Shown one piece after another: positions 39,122 through 47,454 of a stretch of 64,000 nucleotides of DNA. A model generated the notes under the pieces. It worked only from the letters and a program-made list of their open reading frames with translations, had not been told where the DNA came from and ran no database searches. The DNA comes from a virus, in IMG/VR virus record IMGVR_UViG_3300028423_001099, positions 22,577 through 86,576 of that record; one strand, 5' to 3'. The position numbers and the translations under genes were made by a program. Position 1 is the first letter of the stretch. Each line of letters starts with the position of its first letter.

Positions 39122-39858
39122 AGCTTGATTCCAAATAGTTGTTCATAGTCTTCTTGGTATTCACTACCACGAATGGCTGGTTCTCCTTCTGGGAACCTCT
39201 CTTCTAAGACACGTAGGGCATACAGATAGCTATACCATGCACTTGTTGCAATGGCTGGTTCGCCTTGGGGGAATCTCTCACTGAGGACATGTTTGGCATA
39301 CCCGAAGCTATACTCTGCATCCCCAGCAATAGCTGGTTCTCCTTCTGGGAATCTCGCACCGAGGACATCTTCGGCATACCCGAGGCTATACCGTGCATCG
39401 TCAGCAATAGCTGGTTCTCCTTCTGGGAATCTCTCACCGAGGACATTTCTGGCATACAGATAGCTATACCGTGCATCGCCAGCTATGGCTGGTTCGCCTT
39501 CTGGGAATCTCGCTTCTAGGACATCCAGGACATACCGATAGCTATGCCCTGCGCTCTCAGCTATGGCTGGTTCTCCTTCTGGGAATCTCCCACCGAGGAC
39601 ATTTCTGGCATACAGAAAGCTATACGCTGCATCCCCAGCTATGGCTGGTTCGCCAGCTGGGAATCTTCCTTCCACAACACCTTCGGCATACCGATAGCTA
39701 TACTTTGCATCTTCAGCTATGGCTGGTTCGCCAGCTGGGAATCTTCCTTCCACAACACCTTCGGCATACCGATAGCTATACTTTGCATCTTCAGCTATGG
39801 CTGGTTCTCCTGCTTGGAATCTCCCATGGAGGACTTGTCTGGCATACCGATAGCTATT
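39118..39858 (-). repeat. Coding tandem array of nine 78-nt (26-aa) YSYxYAxxVLxxRFPEGEPAIAxxAx repeats plus conserved tail; +1 frame relative to the upstream gene
   Basis: Read directly; units 2 and 3 nearly identical; ends RGSEYQEDYEQLFGIKL. Confidence 0.9.
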
Positions 39859-40648
39859 GCTTGTGTTCTGGAAATCCACTGAGGAAATCAATATCTCTAC
39901 TTTCAATAGGGTCATCTTGTTCATCCATAAATTGACCCGATTCATAATGCAGCAAGAACTTTCTGGGATTTTCCTTGAACAAGTCCACACTGATCTGATA
40001 TACTGTGCCATCTTTAGAATAACTATCAAACCGTTCGCCACGTCCGGTGGTTGTGCACCATTCAATCGAGTCCTTGTCGGTGTTAAGCCAGGCAAGATAG
40101 TTCATGGCGGCTTGGCTTTTGGGCACATGAACCCTGTACCTGCTGCCGTCAATGATGGCTTCTATCTCGCCTTCTCGATAATCAGCTTCTTTGTTGCGTT
40201 TACGTTCCTGCCGTGCACTAGTAGGAGCGTCTGCCTGTTGCAGTGGTTGCACTGCTCGACGAATATCACTGAGCCGCTTGTACTGATTGATGTCTTTGAT
40301 TTCCAGACGATTTTGATATTGCTGAAATCCGCTCAGTGTCTGAAAAACAGCTTCACGATCTTCCACACTAAAATCGCCATCGATATATCTGTCAACTATC
40401 CAGTTTAAATATTTGCTATATTCAGTAGGATCAAAATCAGCAATGGCTCGCAACACTGGCTCTGCGGGATGAGATTCGGGATCTTCCTGATTATTGCTGG
40501 CCACAGTGCTGTCTACATCTGCAGCACGATCTGCCTGTGCAGCTTGTAACAGTTTGTCCATCTTCTGTTTGTTTTTGAGAATACCTTGAACTTTGGTCTC
40601 TGCATACTCAAGAAGAAGGTGTCCTCCTATGATCTCAAATATTTTCAT
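39854..40648 (-). CDS. Hypothetical protein (DPT..KY..WI, DINQY, WCT, QFMDE motifs), probably the N-terminal partner of the repeat array
   Basis: MKIFEII leader, AGGA RBS, GATAAATA at 40679-40686; ends CAA TAG at the repeat junction. Confidence 0.75.
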   Translation of the reverse strand: MKIFEIIGGHLLLEYAETKVQGILKNKQKMDKLLQAAQADRAADVDSTVASNNQEDPESHPAEPVLRAIADFDPTEYSKYLNWIVDRYIDGDFSVEDREAVFQTLSGFQQYQNRLEIKDINQYKRLSDIRRAVQPLQQADAPTSARQERKRNKEADYREGEIEAIIDGSRYRVHVPKSQAAMNYLAWLNTDKDSIEWCTTTGRGERFDSYSKDGTVYQISVDLFKENPRKFLLHYESGQFMDEQDDPIESRDIDFLSGFPEHKQ

Positions 40649-40727
40649 AAAATGTTTCCTATATAGTGCTTTACGGTGTATTTATCAAACACTTTAGTAA
40701 AACTATTATTCATATCATTGCTCAGGC

Positions 40728-41010
40728 TCATAACTTGATTCCAACTAGTTCTTCGTAGTCTTCTTGGTATTCACTACCACGGATGGCTGGTTCTCCTTGG
40801 GGGAATCTCTCTTCTAGGACATCTTCGGCATACAGATAGCTATACTCTGCGCTCTCAGCTATGGCTGGTTCTCCTTGGGGGAATCTCTCTTCTAGGACAT
40901 CTTCGGCATACCGATAGCTATACTTTGCATCTTCAGCTATGGCTGGTTCTCCTGCTTGGAATCTCCCATGGAGGACTTGTCTGGCATACCGATAGCTATT
41001 TCAGGCTCAC
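40728..41010 (-). pseudogene. Second repeat cassette (3 units plus tail) behind GTG AGC CTG AAA TAG; frameshifted or truncated
   Basis: 91 codons (incl. stop) at 40728-41000 without an in-frame start; first 100 nt identical to 39759-39858. Confidence 0.75.
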
Positions 41011-41774
41011 TATTCATCATCCTTTGAGAATATTTCCCCATATAACTCATCACGGAGTCTATCAAATGCAGACTCTTCGTGAAAACCGATCCAGCCATCG
41101 TGTGGTTCACGGAAACTGAAATTCCAAATGATTGCTTCCGATATGTCATCGTGTATGGCATCCAAAAAGTCATCAATGTCCTCATGTACATCAAACTCTA
41201 AATCAAATTCTCTGAGTGAATAGGTGATATAGTATTGATCAGCATGTAATATATTATCACCGTCATATCTCAGATATGGTATGTCTTCTAGTGCTGATTT
41301 GAAGTGTTTGTGCATGTCATTTTCGGCACCAACTGCAATCCCTTCAAAGTATGCACTATCCAAAGCACTGACAATTTCATCAATGTTATTGTCATATACA
41401 AAATCAAAGATATCTTGTTCACCATCATAGTCATATTCTTTTTTCAGGTATGATTTGAGTTTCTTGTCATCTTCTGGGTATGTCTCAAAATATTTATCAA
41501 ATTCAAACTCTACCTCTTCTTTGCTGGGGCTATAATCATGATAAAACCAATCAATAAAACTGTCCTCGCCTGCAAGAGATGAAGCAGCCTGTCTAGCTAA
41601 CTCATTACCAGTAAGATCTACTACTTCTCTCAGTTCTCCAGTTTGCATATATACCAACTCGCCAAACTGCTTATTATAGTTGGGTTGCTCTTTCATAATG
41701 CCATCTAAGAGTTGCCCAACGTCTCCACGCAGGCTCTCAGGATCACTATGATATCGGTATAGATTCAGGCTCAT
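41010..41774 (-). CDS. Very acidic hypothetical protein with MSLNLYRYHSDPESL leader
   Basis: Leader shared with 41771..42199. Confidence 0.7.
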   Translation of the reverse strand: MSLNLYRYHSDPESLRGDVGQLLDGIMKEQPNYNKQFGELVYMQTGELREVVDLTGNELARQAASSLAGEDSFIDWFYHDYSPSKEEVEFEFDKYFETYPEDDKKLKSYLKKEYDYDGEQDIFDFVYDNNIDEIVSALDSAYFEGIAVGAENDMHKHFKSALEDIPYLRYDGDNILHADQYYITYSLREFDLEFDVHEDIDDFLDAIHDDISEAIIWNFSFREPHDGWIGFHEESAFDRLRDELYGEIFSKDDE

Positions 41775-42199
41775 AGCTTGATTCCAAATATTTGTTCATA
41801 GTCTTCTTGGTATTCACTACCACGAATGGCTGGTTCGCCTTCCAGGAATCTCCCACTGAGGACACTGAGGGCATACAGATAGCTATACCCTGCGCTCTCA
41901 GCTATAGCTGGTTCGCCTTCTGGGAATCTCTCCTCGAGGACATCGTCGGCATACCAATGGCTATACTTTGCGCTTGTTGCAATGGCTGGTTCGCCTTCTG
42001 GGAATCTCTCCTCGAGGACATCGTCGGCATACCTATGGCTATACGCTGCACTCCTTGCCCATACGTGTTCTCGTTTCTTGAGTTCTTCAACATCACCTTT
42101 ATAGTGATTCCATGCCACATGGGGAACATGTTCAGTGGCTTGATCAAACCCATATAGGCTTTCAGGTTCGCTGTGGTATTGGTATAGATTTAGGCTCAT
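41771..42199 (-). CDS. Intact 26-aa-repeat protein (MSLNLY leader, 3 repeats, tail)
   Basis: Same repeat and tail as 39118..39858. Confidence 0.8.
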   Translation of the reverse strand: MSLNLYQYHSEPESLYGFDQATEHVPHVAWNHYKGDVEELKKREHVWARSAAYSHRYADDVLEERFPEGEPAIATSAKYSHWYADDVLEERFPEGEPAIAESAGYSYLYALSVLSGRFLEGEPAIRGSEYQEDYEQIFGIKL

Positions 42200-44034
42200 T
42201 TTCCGAATTCCTGATCAATCAGCTTGATTGCTGCTATTTTTTGTTGTGCCTTGGGTGTGCCCATTTCACCTGACTTCACTGTGATCATGCTCCGAAACAG
42301 GCCTGCGATCCTGGCACCACTGCGTGGATTTTTGATTACACCTTGTGCCTGCACAACAAGGTCTTCAAAACTCTGATCTAGATCATACTGATACAGCAGT
42401 GTTTCCAGATCATTCATGTCACGACTGCGCCACACAATGTCTCTGCTGGCTTGCTTGGTGGTACCCGGCTCATAGGTTACTCGGCGCAGTTGCAGTTCTA
42501 CGGGCGATATGTTGAACTCCCACTCCTGGCCTTCGGGCAAGTTGGGATTTACATCTATGCCCAGCATGTCAAACAATCGAGCAGGATCAGTCTCCTGTGC
42601 AGCCACTTTAACCAAGCCCAGGATAAGTCCTTGCTTGGGTGCAGGATAGTTGAGAAATCCTGATTTGTATTCTGCTTCACCCGAGCTTAGTGCAATGATG
42701 TTGTCGATCTGTGCGCTATCGCCCACACTATCACTGTGGAACCTCACGCTCACCAACTCGCCTGCATTGTAGGTTCTCTTGCCTGCGTGCTTTTCACTGC
42801 TGAAAGGCACAATCACAGTTTCTGGTTGTGCTTGCAGGAACTGTGCCAGATCACGCTTGACCTGTGCTTTGTCTGCATCACTTTGAATATGCACCACCAG
42901 GTCAATGTCACCAAAGTCTTCTTTGTTGGGATCACTGTGATAACTGCCTGTAGCCTGCATGCTCTGGTATCCTGGGAATTCAGATATCAGTTGCTCATAG
43001 TCCTGCAAAAACTTTTCAAAGTCCTGTCTGCTGGCCACACGTGATGCACCTGCCACACCCGACTCTGTGAGTTTCAGTGGAGCCAGTGCGCTGTCATCAG
43101 GCAGGAACTTGCCAGTAAGACCCAGCTTCTGCTGTTTGTCTTTCCACAGTTGCTGCATATCATCTGGTATGTCTGTGCGAGTTCTGTCTAGAATCTTGAA
43201 GTAGATGTCTGTGAGCTGATCATACTGCTCAACTGTGAGCTGGTCTTGCAGGGCTTGATGCAACTCATAGTAGTTTTCTGTGATATCTCGATCAATGCTG
43301 GTGCCCAAACGGTCATTGAGTATAGCCAGTGCCTGTTCGGGATTGGTTGCCACAGTGTCACCAGTGTTTTTGTCTCTGACACCTTTCACATGATCAAAGC
43401 TGAGATCAGCTACCTGAAATGCGCTCAGCATCAGCTGTGTGCGATGGAGGCCTTTGACGTTGCTGTCTTCGGGATATGCACTGGAGTAGTAGGAAAAAGT
43501 GAGCCAGTCTAGATCGCCTACCATCCAGTCGATCTGCACGCCTGTGTCCAGCTTCTCACCGGACTGGTTGTACTGTGGGAACAAGCAGAACAAGTTGCCT
43601 GGCCCAATTTTCTTTTCATCGGTGTAGATGTTGGGAGACTGTTTGTTGATTTTGGCGCCCAGCAACTGCAAAAATGCCTTCATTCTCAGTTGCTCGGGAG
43701 TGGCTGTTCTAGCACGTTTGGCCAACTTCTCCTGCTGTGCATCCACTTGTGCAGGATCAATGCCCCACTGTGAGATGCTGTCTGATGTCATGTTCTTGTC
43801 CAGCAAATCCTGTGCACTGATGCCTAAATCAATATCACCACTGATGGCTTTTTTGCCCACACTGCCTAGTGCAACAAAGTGATCCAGACTCATGATGCTG
43901 GCTTTTTTGGGGAATACTCGCTTGAGCTCTGCAAAGTATCTATCTAAGGTGGGGTCGATGTGCTCACGTGCTATGGGCGCTGTTTTGCCAGCAAACACAT
44001 TGCCGCCTTCTTTGAGTATCTCTGCAAACCTCAT
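42196..44034 (-). CDS. Tandem double Pol-beta-superfamily nucleotidyltransferase
   Basis: LGS.....SGDIDL + QIDWM and TGS.......FGDIDL + QIDNI; MRFAEILKE-GG leader. Confidence 0.8.
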   Translation of the reverse strand: MRFAEILKEGGNVFAGKTAPIAREHIDPTLDRYFAELKRVFPKKASIMSLDHFVALGSVGKKAISGDIDLGISAQDLLDKNMTSDSISQWGIDPAQVDAQQEKLAKRARTATPEQLRMKAFLQLLGAKINKQSPNIYTDEKKIGPGNLFCLFPQYNQSGEKLDTGVQIDWMVGDLDWLTFSYYSSAYPEDSNVKGLHRTQLMLSAFQVADLSFDHVKGVRDKNTGDTVATNPEQALAILNDRLGTSIDRDITENYYELHQALQDQLTVEQYDQLTDIYFKILDRTRTDIPDDMQQLWKDKQQKLGLTGKFLPDDSALAPLKLTESGVAGASRVASRQDFEKFLQDYEQLISEFPGYQSMQATGSYHSDPNKEDFGDIDLVVHIQSDADKAQVKRDLAQFLQAQPETVIVPFSSEKHAGKRTYNAGELVSVRFHSDSVGDSAQIDNIIALSSGEAEYKSGFLNYPAPKQGLILGLVKVAAQETDPARLFDMLGIDVNPNLPEGQEWEFNISPVELQLRRVTYEPGTTKQASRDIVWRSRDMNDLETLLYQYDLDQSFEDLVVQAQGVIKNPRSGARIAGLFRSMITVKSGEMGTPKAQQKIAAIKLIDQEFGK

Positions 44035-45782
44035 AATTTCAGCTTTTTGTTTAACACCTGTCTCAGAGACTCTGTTGCGGCCTTTGGCTTTTTGATATTG
44101 AGTTTGCGTCTTGCTGCAAGCAACTCCTGCATTGAAAGCTCACTGGGATCAACTCCACTTGCAACTTTATCAAGCACATCTGCGACCTTGGAATCGGCAG
44201 CAGTGAGATCGTCTGCTTTGACCCAAGCCTTTTCAAAGTCGATATCAGTGCCGGGAAAGGCAACTTCTGATTTGGCTTGAGTCTCGGGCTCGGGTTCCGA
44301 CTCTTCATTGTCGTTGAGTCCTGCACTGCTTCGAGCTTTTTTGAGACGTTCAAGTCTCTCTTCGTCACGACTCTTTGTACGCCCCGAGTCTGCAGTATCA
44401 TCGGAAGATGATTGATTACTGCTAGTCTGTGATATGCCAGATACTGCAGGCAGTTCGACTCCTGCGCCATTGCCGACTGCTTGAATGCCTTTGTCGTCTA
44501 AACCAGCTTTTGCAAGAACTTGTGCTATCTCGTCGCTGTCAGTGGGAGAGCCAGCCTCCGTCCACAACTTTTGCAATTTGCGTGCTGTGATTTTTTGACC
44601 TGCTTCTCTGCCTGCACCCTTGGCAGCTTGTGTGGTTTTGTCTTTGATGTTGCTTGCAACTTTTTTTACATCACTCCAGCCGAACTCATTGACAACCTGT
44701 TGTTCTGCTTCAGTAAGAGCTATACCACTGTTGCGTTTGATCAACAACAGCTCATAGTCAATGCTGTCGGAGATGCCCATGGCGGCACGAGCTTGTCGAG
44801 CCGCAGAAAGCGATTGTTTTTGTTCTTCGGTGTAAAGCTCAGCAGGCACAGGCTCACCGTTGATTTCTACTGGAACATTGCCAATCATCTTGGCATTGTT
44901 GTTGCCAGCATTGTCAACACCCATTTGTTCAGCCATGCGATTGATTGTTTCGCCCTTTTGAGCTAGCTGATCAAACTCACGCATCTCTCGATCTGAGAAC
45001 ACAGGATTGTCCTGTTTCCACTGTTGGTATTCTTCGGCACTAACTTCTTCACCATTGATGGTATAGCGGTCAGGTAACTCCACTGACCCGCTGTCACTTA
45101 CTGTGACGTCTGTGACTGGTGCTCCAGGAAATGCATTGGATATTGCTTCTATGCCTGCGCCAGCCAAGGCACCTAACGCACCAACTTTGGTTGCTCGGCC
45201 TGCGGCAGTGCTGAGCTTTTCTCCTGTGAGCACATCCTTGCCTGCTCTCATCAAAAAGCCTACGCCGGCGCCACCTAGTGGTCCGCCAGCAACAGCGCCT
45301 GCCACAGTGAGTAGGCCAACAATGAATGTTGCTGCTGTGGGGTTGTCTTTGGCAGCTTGGCCCAGTTTGTTTGCTGCGGCAACAATTTTGCTGCTGTTAC
45401 CGCCTAGTTTGTTGGCAATGTCAGACTTGAGCTGTTCAAACTTTTGATCAAAGTTCTCAACAGGAGCAGTGTTCTGTGCTTTTTTGGCCAGCTCGTTGAT
45501 CTTGTCGTTGAGCTTTTTGGCTGCTTGTGCAGATACCCGGGCAGTGTCTCCTGCTTTGCCCAACTTGGTCATGTATTTTTTGCTGTCTACAGCATATTGC
45601 TCAGCGTTCTGAAATATGCTTTGGATCTGATCGGGGGTTAGATCTGCTTCATAGATTGCACAGTATTCTTCCAGTAGAGGTGTTACATCTCTGTGCCATT
45701 CTACTAGATACTGCTGTGTGCTTTCGTCAAGCTGACGCCATACTGTTTCAGTGAGCAACAAACGAGGAGTCAGTTCACTCAC
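44031..45782 (-). CDS. Large Ala/Gly-rich protein with glycine-zipper hydrophobic segments (candidate ejected/internal virion protein)
   Basis: FIVGLLTVAGAVAGGPLGGAGVGF and VGALGALAGAG segments, coiled coils. Confidence 0.55.
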   Translation of the reverse strand: MSELTPRLLLTETVWRQLDESTQQYLVEWHRDVTPLLEEYCAIYEADLTPDQIQSIFQNAEQYAVDSKKYMTKLGKAGDTARVSAQAAKKLNDKINELAKKAQNTAPVENFDQKFEQLKSDIANKLGGNSSKIVAAANKLGQAAKDNPTAATFIVGLLTVAGAVAGGPLGGAGVGFLMRAGKDVLTGEKLSTAAGRATKVGALGALAGAGIEAISNAFPGAPVTDVTVSDSGSVELPDRYTINGEEVSAEEYQQWKQDNPVFSDREMREFDQLAQKGETINRMAEQMGVDNAGNNNAKMIGNVPVEINGEPVPAELYTEEQKQSLSAARQARAAMGISDSIDYELLLIKRNSGIALTEAEQQVVNEFGWSDVKKVASNIKDKTTQAAKGAGREAGQKITARKLQKLWTEAGSPTDSDEIAQVLAKAGLDDKGIQAVGNGAGVELPAVSGISQTSSNQSSSDDTADSGRTKSRDEERLERLKKARSSAGLNDNEESEPEPETQAKSEVAFPGTDIDFEKAWVKADDLTAADSKVADVLDKVASGVDPSELSMQELLAARRKLNIKKPKAATESLRQVLNKKLKL

Positions 45783-46041
45783 TGGGTTTGTCCTTTTGAC
45801 TTTCTCGGATGTGTTTTTTTATGCCACGTGAAAACTTGGCACTGTCTTTGCCACGTATGCTGTTGATCAGTCTGTTTGTGAGATCTTTGGCTGTGTCTGT
45901 GTCGTAGTAGCGTTCAATCTGTTCTATGAGGTTGATAGCACTGTTGATCACATGCTCTCCGCGGTTTTCCACCACGTGATTGCGATCGCGATCCACTGAT
46001 ATCTGATTGAGTTCCTCTAGAATACTGCGGCTTTTCTTCAC
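45775..46041 (-). CDS. Hypothetical protein
   Basis: AGGAGA RBS; GATAAATA at 46069-46076. Confidence 0.65.
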   Translation of the reverse strand: MKKSRSILEELNQISVDRDRNHVVENRGEHVINSAINLIEQIERYYDTDTAKDLTNRLINSIRGKDSAKFSRGIKKHIRESQKDKPSE

Positions 46042-46074
46042 AGCGATCTCCTTTGTTGGAATTACAACTATTTA

Positions 46075-47454
46075 TCACTTCTTGCTCTTCAAAAAGTCTC
46101 TGAGTTGTAAGCTATCGCTGACTGCATTGCCTGTTTCGGGTTCTTGTGCACGCACTGTTCCTGATCTTTTTAGCTGATCAATGAGTGCTGTGCTGGCCAC
46201 AGTGTCTGCGTCTTCTTCGCCTTCTTCTAGATCCTCAATCCTCAATGTGTCGGGATTGAATTTGAGATCCACTTTGCTGCCAACGCCACTGCTGGATCGT
46301 GTCTTCATAAACTGTATTTGATATCTGCCTCGATCGCGCATGGCATTGCTAGTAAAGATACCAATCACATTGTCTGCTGTTTGAATCTTGGAAATACCTC
46401 CAGCAATGTGGCTGTGATCAAACTCAATTTCTTCTACTGCGGCCCTGTTGAGCTGTGAAGCTGTGACCATGAGGATATCTCGCTCAGCAGCCAAGTTTCT
46501 CAGTTCTTCACTGACAAATTTGTCTTTGATAAAAGTGTTCTCTGCACTGACCTTGCCGTTGATAGGCATCATCAAGTCCAAGTAATCCACCAGCAGACAG
46601 TCTACTTTAACGCCGGCCTGTATTTCATATTCGCGCAAAAATGCGCGAACATCGTTGGCGTTGATGCCCGAAGGCATATATTTCACACGAAACTTGCCAG
46701 CGCCCTTGCCTTTCATCCTGACTTTGAGATCCACGTCATCCATGTTGCGCATGATCTCACGTGCGCCATAGCCAGATACCATGCTGTCTAGCCTCATGGA
46801 AATCAACTGTTCACTGAGCTCTAAGCTGATATAGACCACGTTGAGACCTGCCAGACTCCAGTTTACGCCAAAGTTCTGCAAGAATAGGCTTTTGCCTGCG
46901 CCAGACCCGCCTGCAAAGATTGTGATTTCGCCTCTGTTGAGACCACCGTAGAGTTTCTGATCAATGCCTTTCCAGCCTGTGGAAGTAGCGCCGCTTTGAT
47001 CCTTGATCCACTGCAAACGCTCTTTGGGGTTTTCAAAATAATCTAGGCCTAGGTCTCTGACCAATGCAGTTTGAACGGCAGACTTGATTTTGTTTTCTAC
47101 TTCGCCGTACTGTTGATCTTCAAGCAGGTCTGTGCTCTCTAGGATTGCACGTTCTAGAGCTTTGTGTCTGCTAAAAGTCTCAAACTCATCCAGGAACCAA
47201 TTTTGATGGTCTGGAGTGACGTTTTCGATCTGTTCAAGAGTGATGTTGCTGATAGCATTGATTTGATCCAGTGTGGGCACACTGTTGTAGTTGCTGCTGT
47301 GATGCTGTAGTAGCTCTACCACAGGACGAAACTTTCTAGCAAAATGTTCTGGATTTACAATGTTCTGACAGCGTGCAAATAGGTCGTGATCACTGATCAA
47401 GAATCTCAAAAACAGCTCTTGAACTTCTTCTGTGTAATCTCTCATTTCGCTCAT
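46075..47454 (-). CDS. 41: DnaB/gp41-like replicative helicase
   Basis: GGSGAGKS Walker A, SLE, VDYLDL, TASQLNR, MKTR. Confidence 0.92.
   Translation of the reverse strand: MSEMRDYTEEVQELFLRFLISDHDLFARCQNIVNPEHFARKFRPVVELLQHHSSNYNSVPTLDQINAISNITLEQIENVTPDHQNWFLDEFETFSRHKALERAILESTDLLEDQQYGEVENKIKSAVQTALVRDLGLDYFENPKERLQWIKDQSGATSTGWKGIDQKLYGGLNRGEITIFAGGSGAGKSLFLQNFGVNWSLAGLNVVYISLELSEQLISMRLDSMVSGYGAREIMRNMDDVDLKVRMKGKGAGKFRVKYMPSGINANDVRAFLREYEIQAGVKVDCLLVDYLDLMMPINGKVSAENTFIKDKFVSEELRNLAAERDILMVTASQLNRAAVEEIEFDHSHIAGGISKIQTADNVIGIFTSNAMRDRGRYQIQFMKTRSSSGVGSKVDLKFNPDTLRIEDLEEGEEDADTVASTALIDQLKRSGTVRAQEPETGNAVSDSLQLRDFLKSKK

Noticed and set aside
39859-40095. N-terminal 79 aa of the 325-aa track ORF 39118..40095
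   Set aside because: Overlaps the motif-bearing 264-aa gene in another frame and lacks a convincing RBS; probably an incidental open frame.
39118-42199. CRISPR array
   Set aside because: Units are 78-nt in-frame coding repeats with no unique spacers and no cas genes nearby.
39118-42199. Complete diversity-generating retroelement
   Set aside because: No reverse transcriptase or clear non-coding template in the window, and several third-position adenines are invariant; kept only as a hypothesis.
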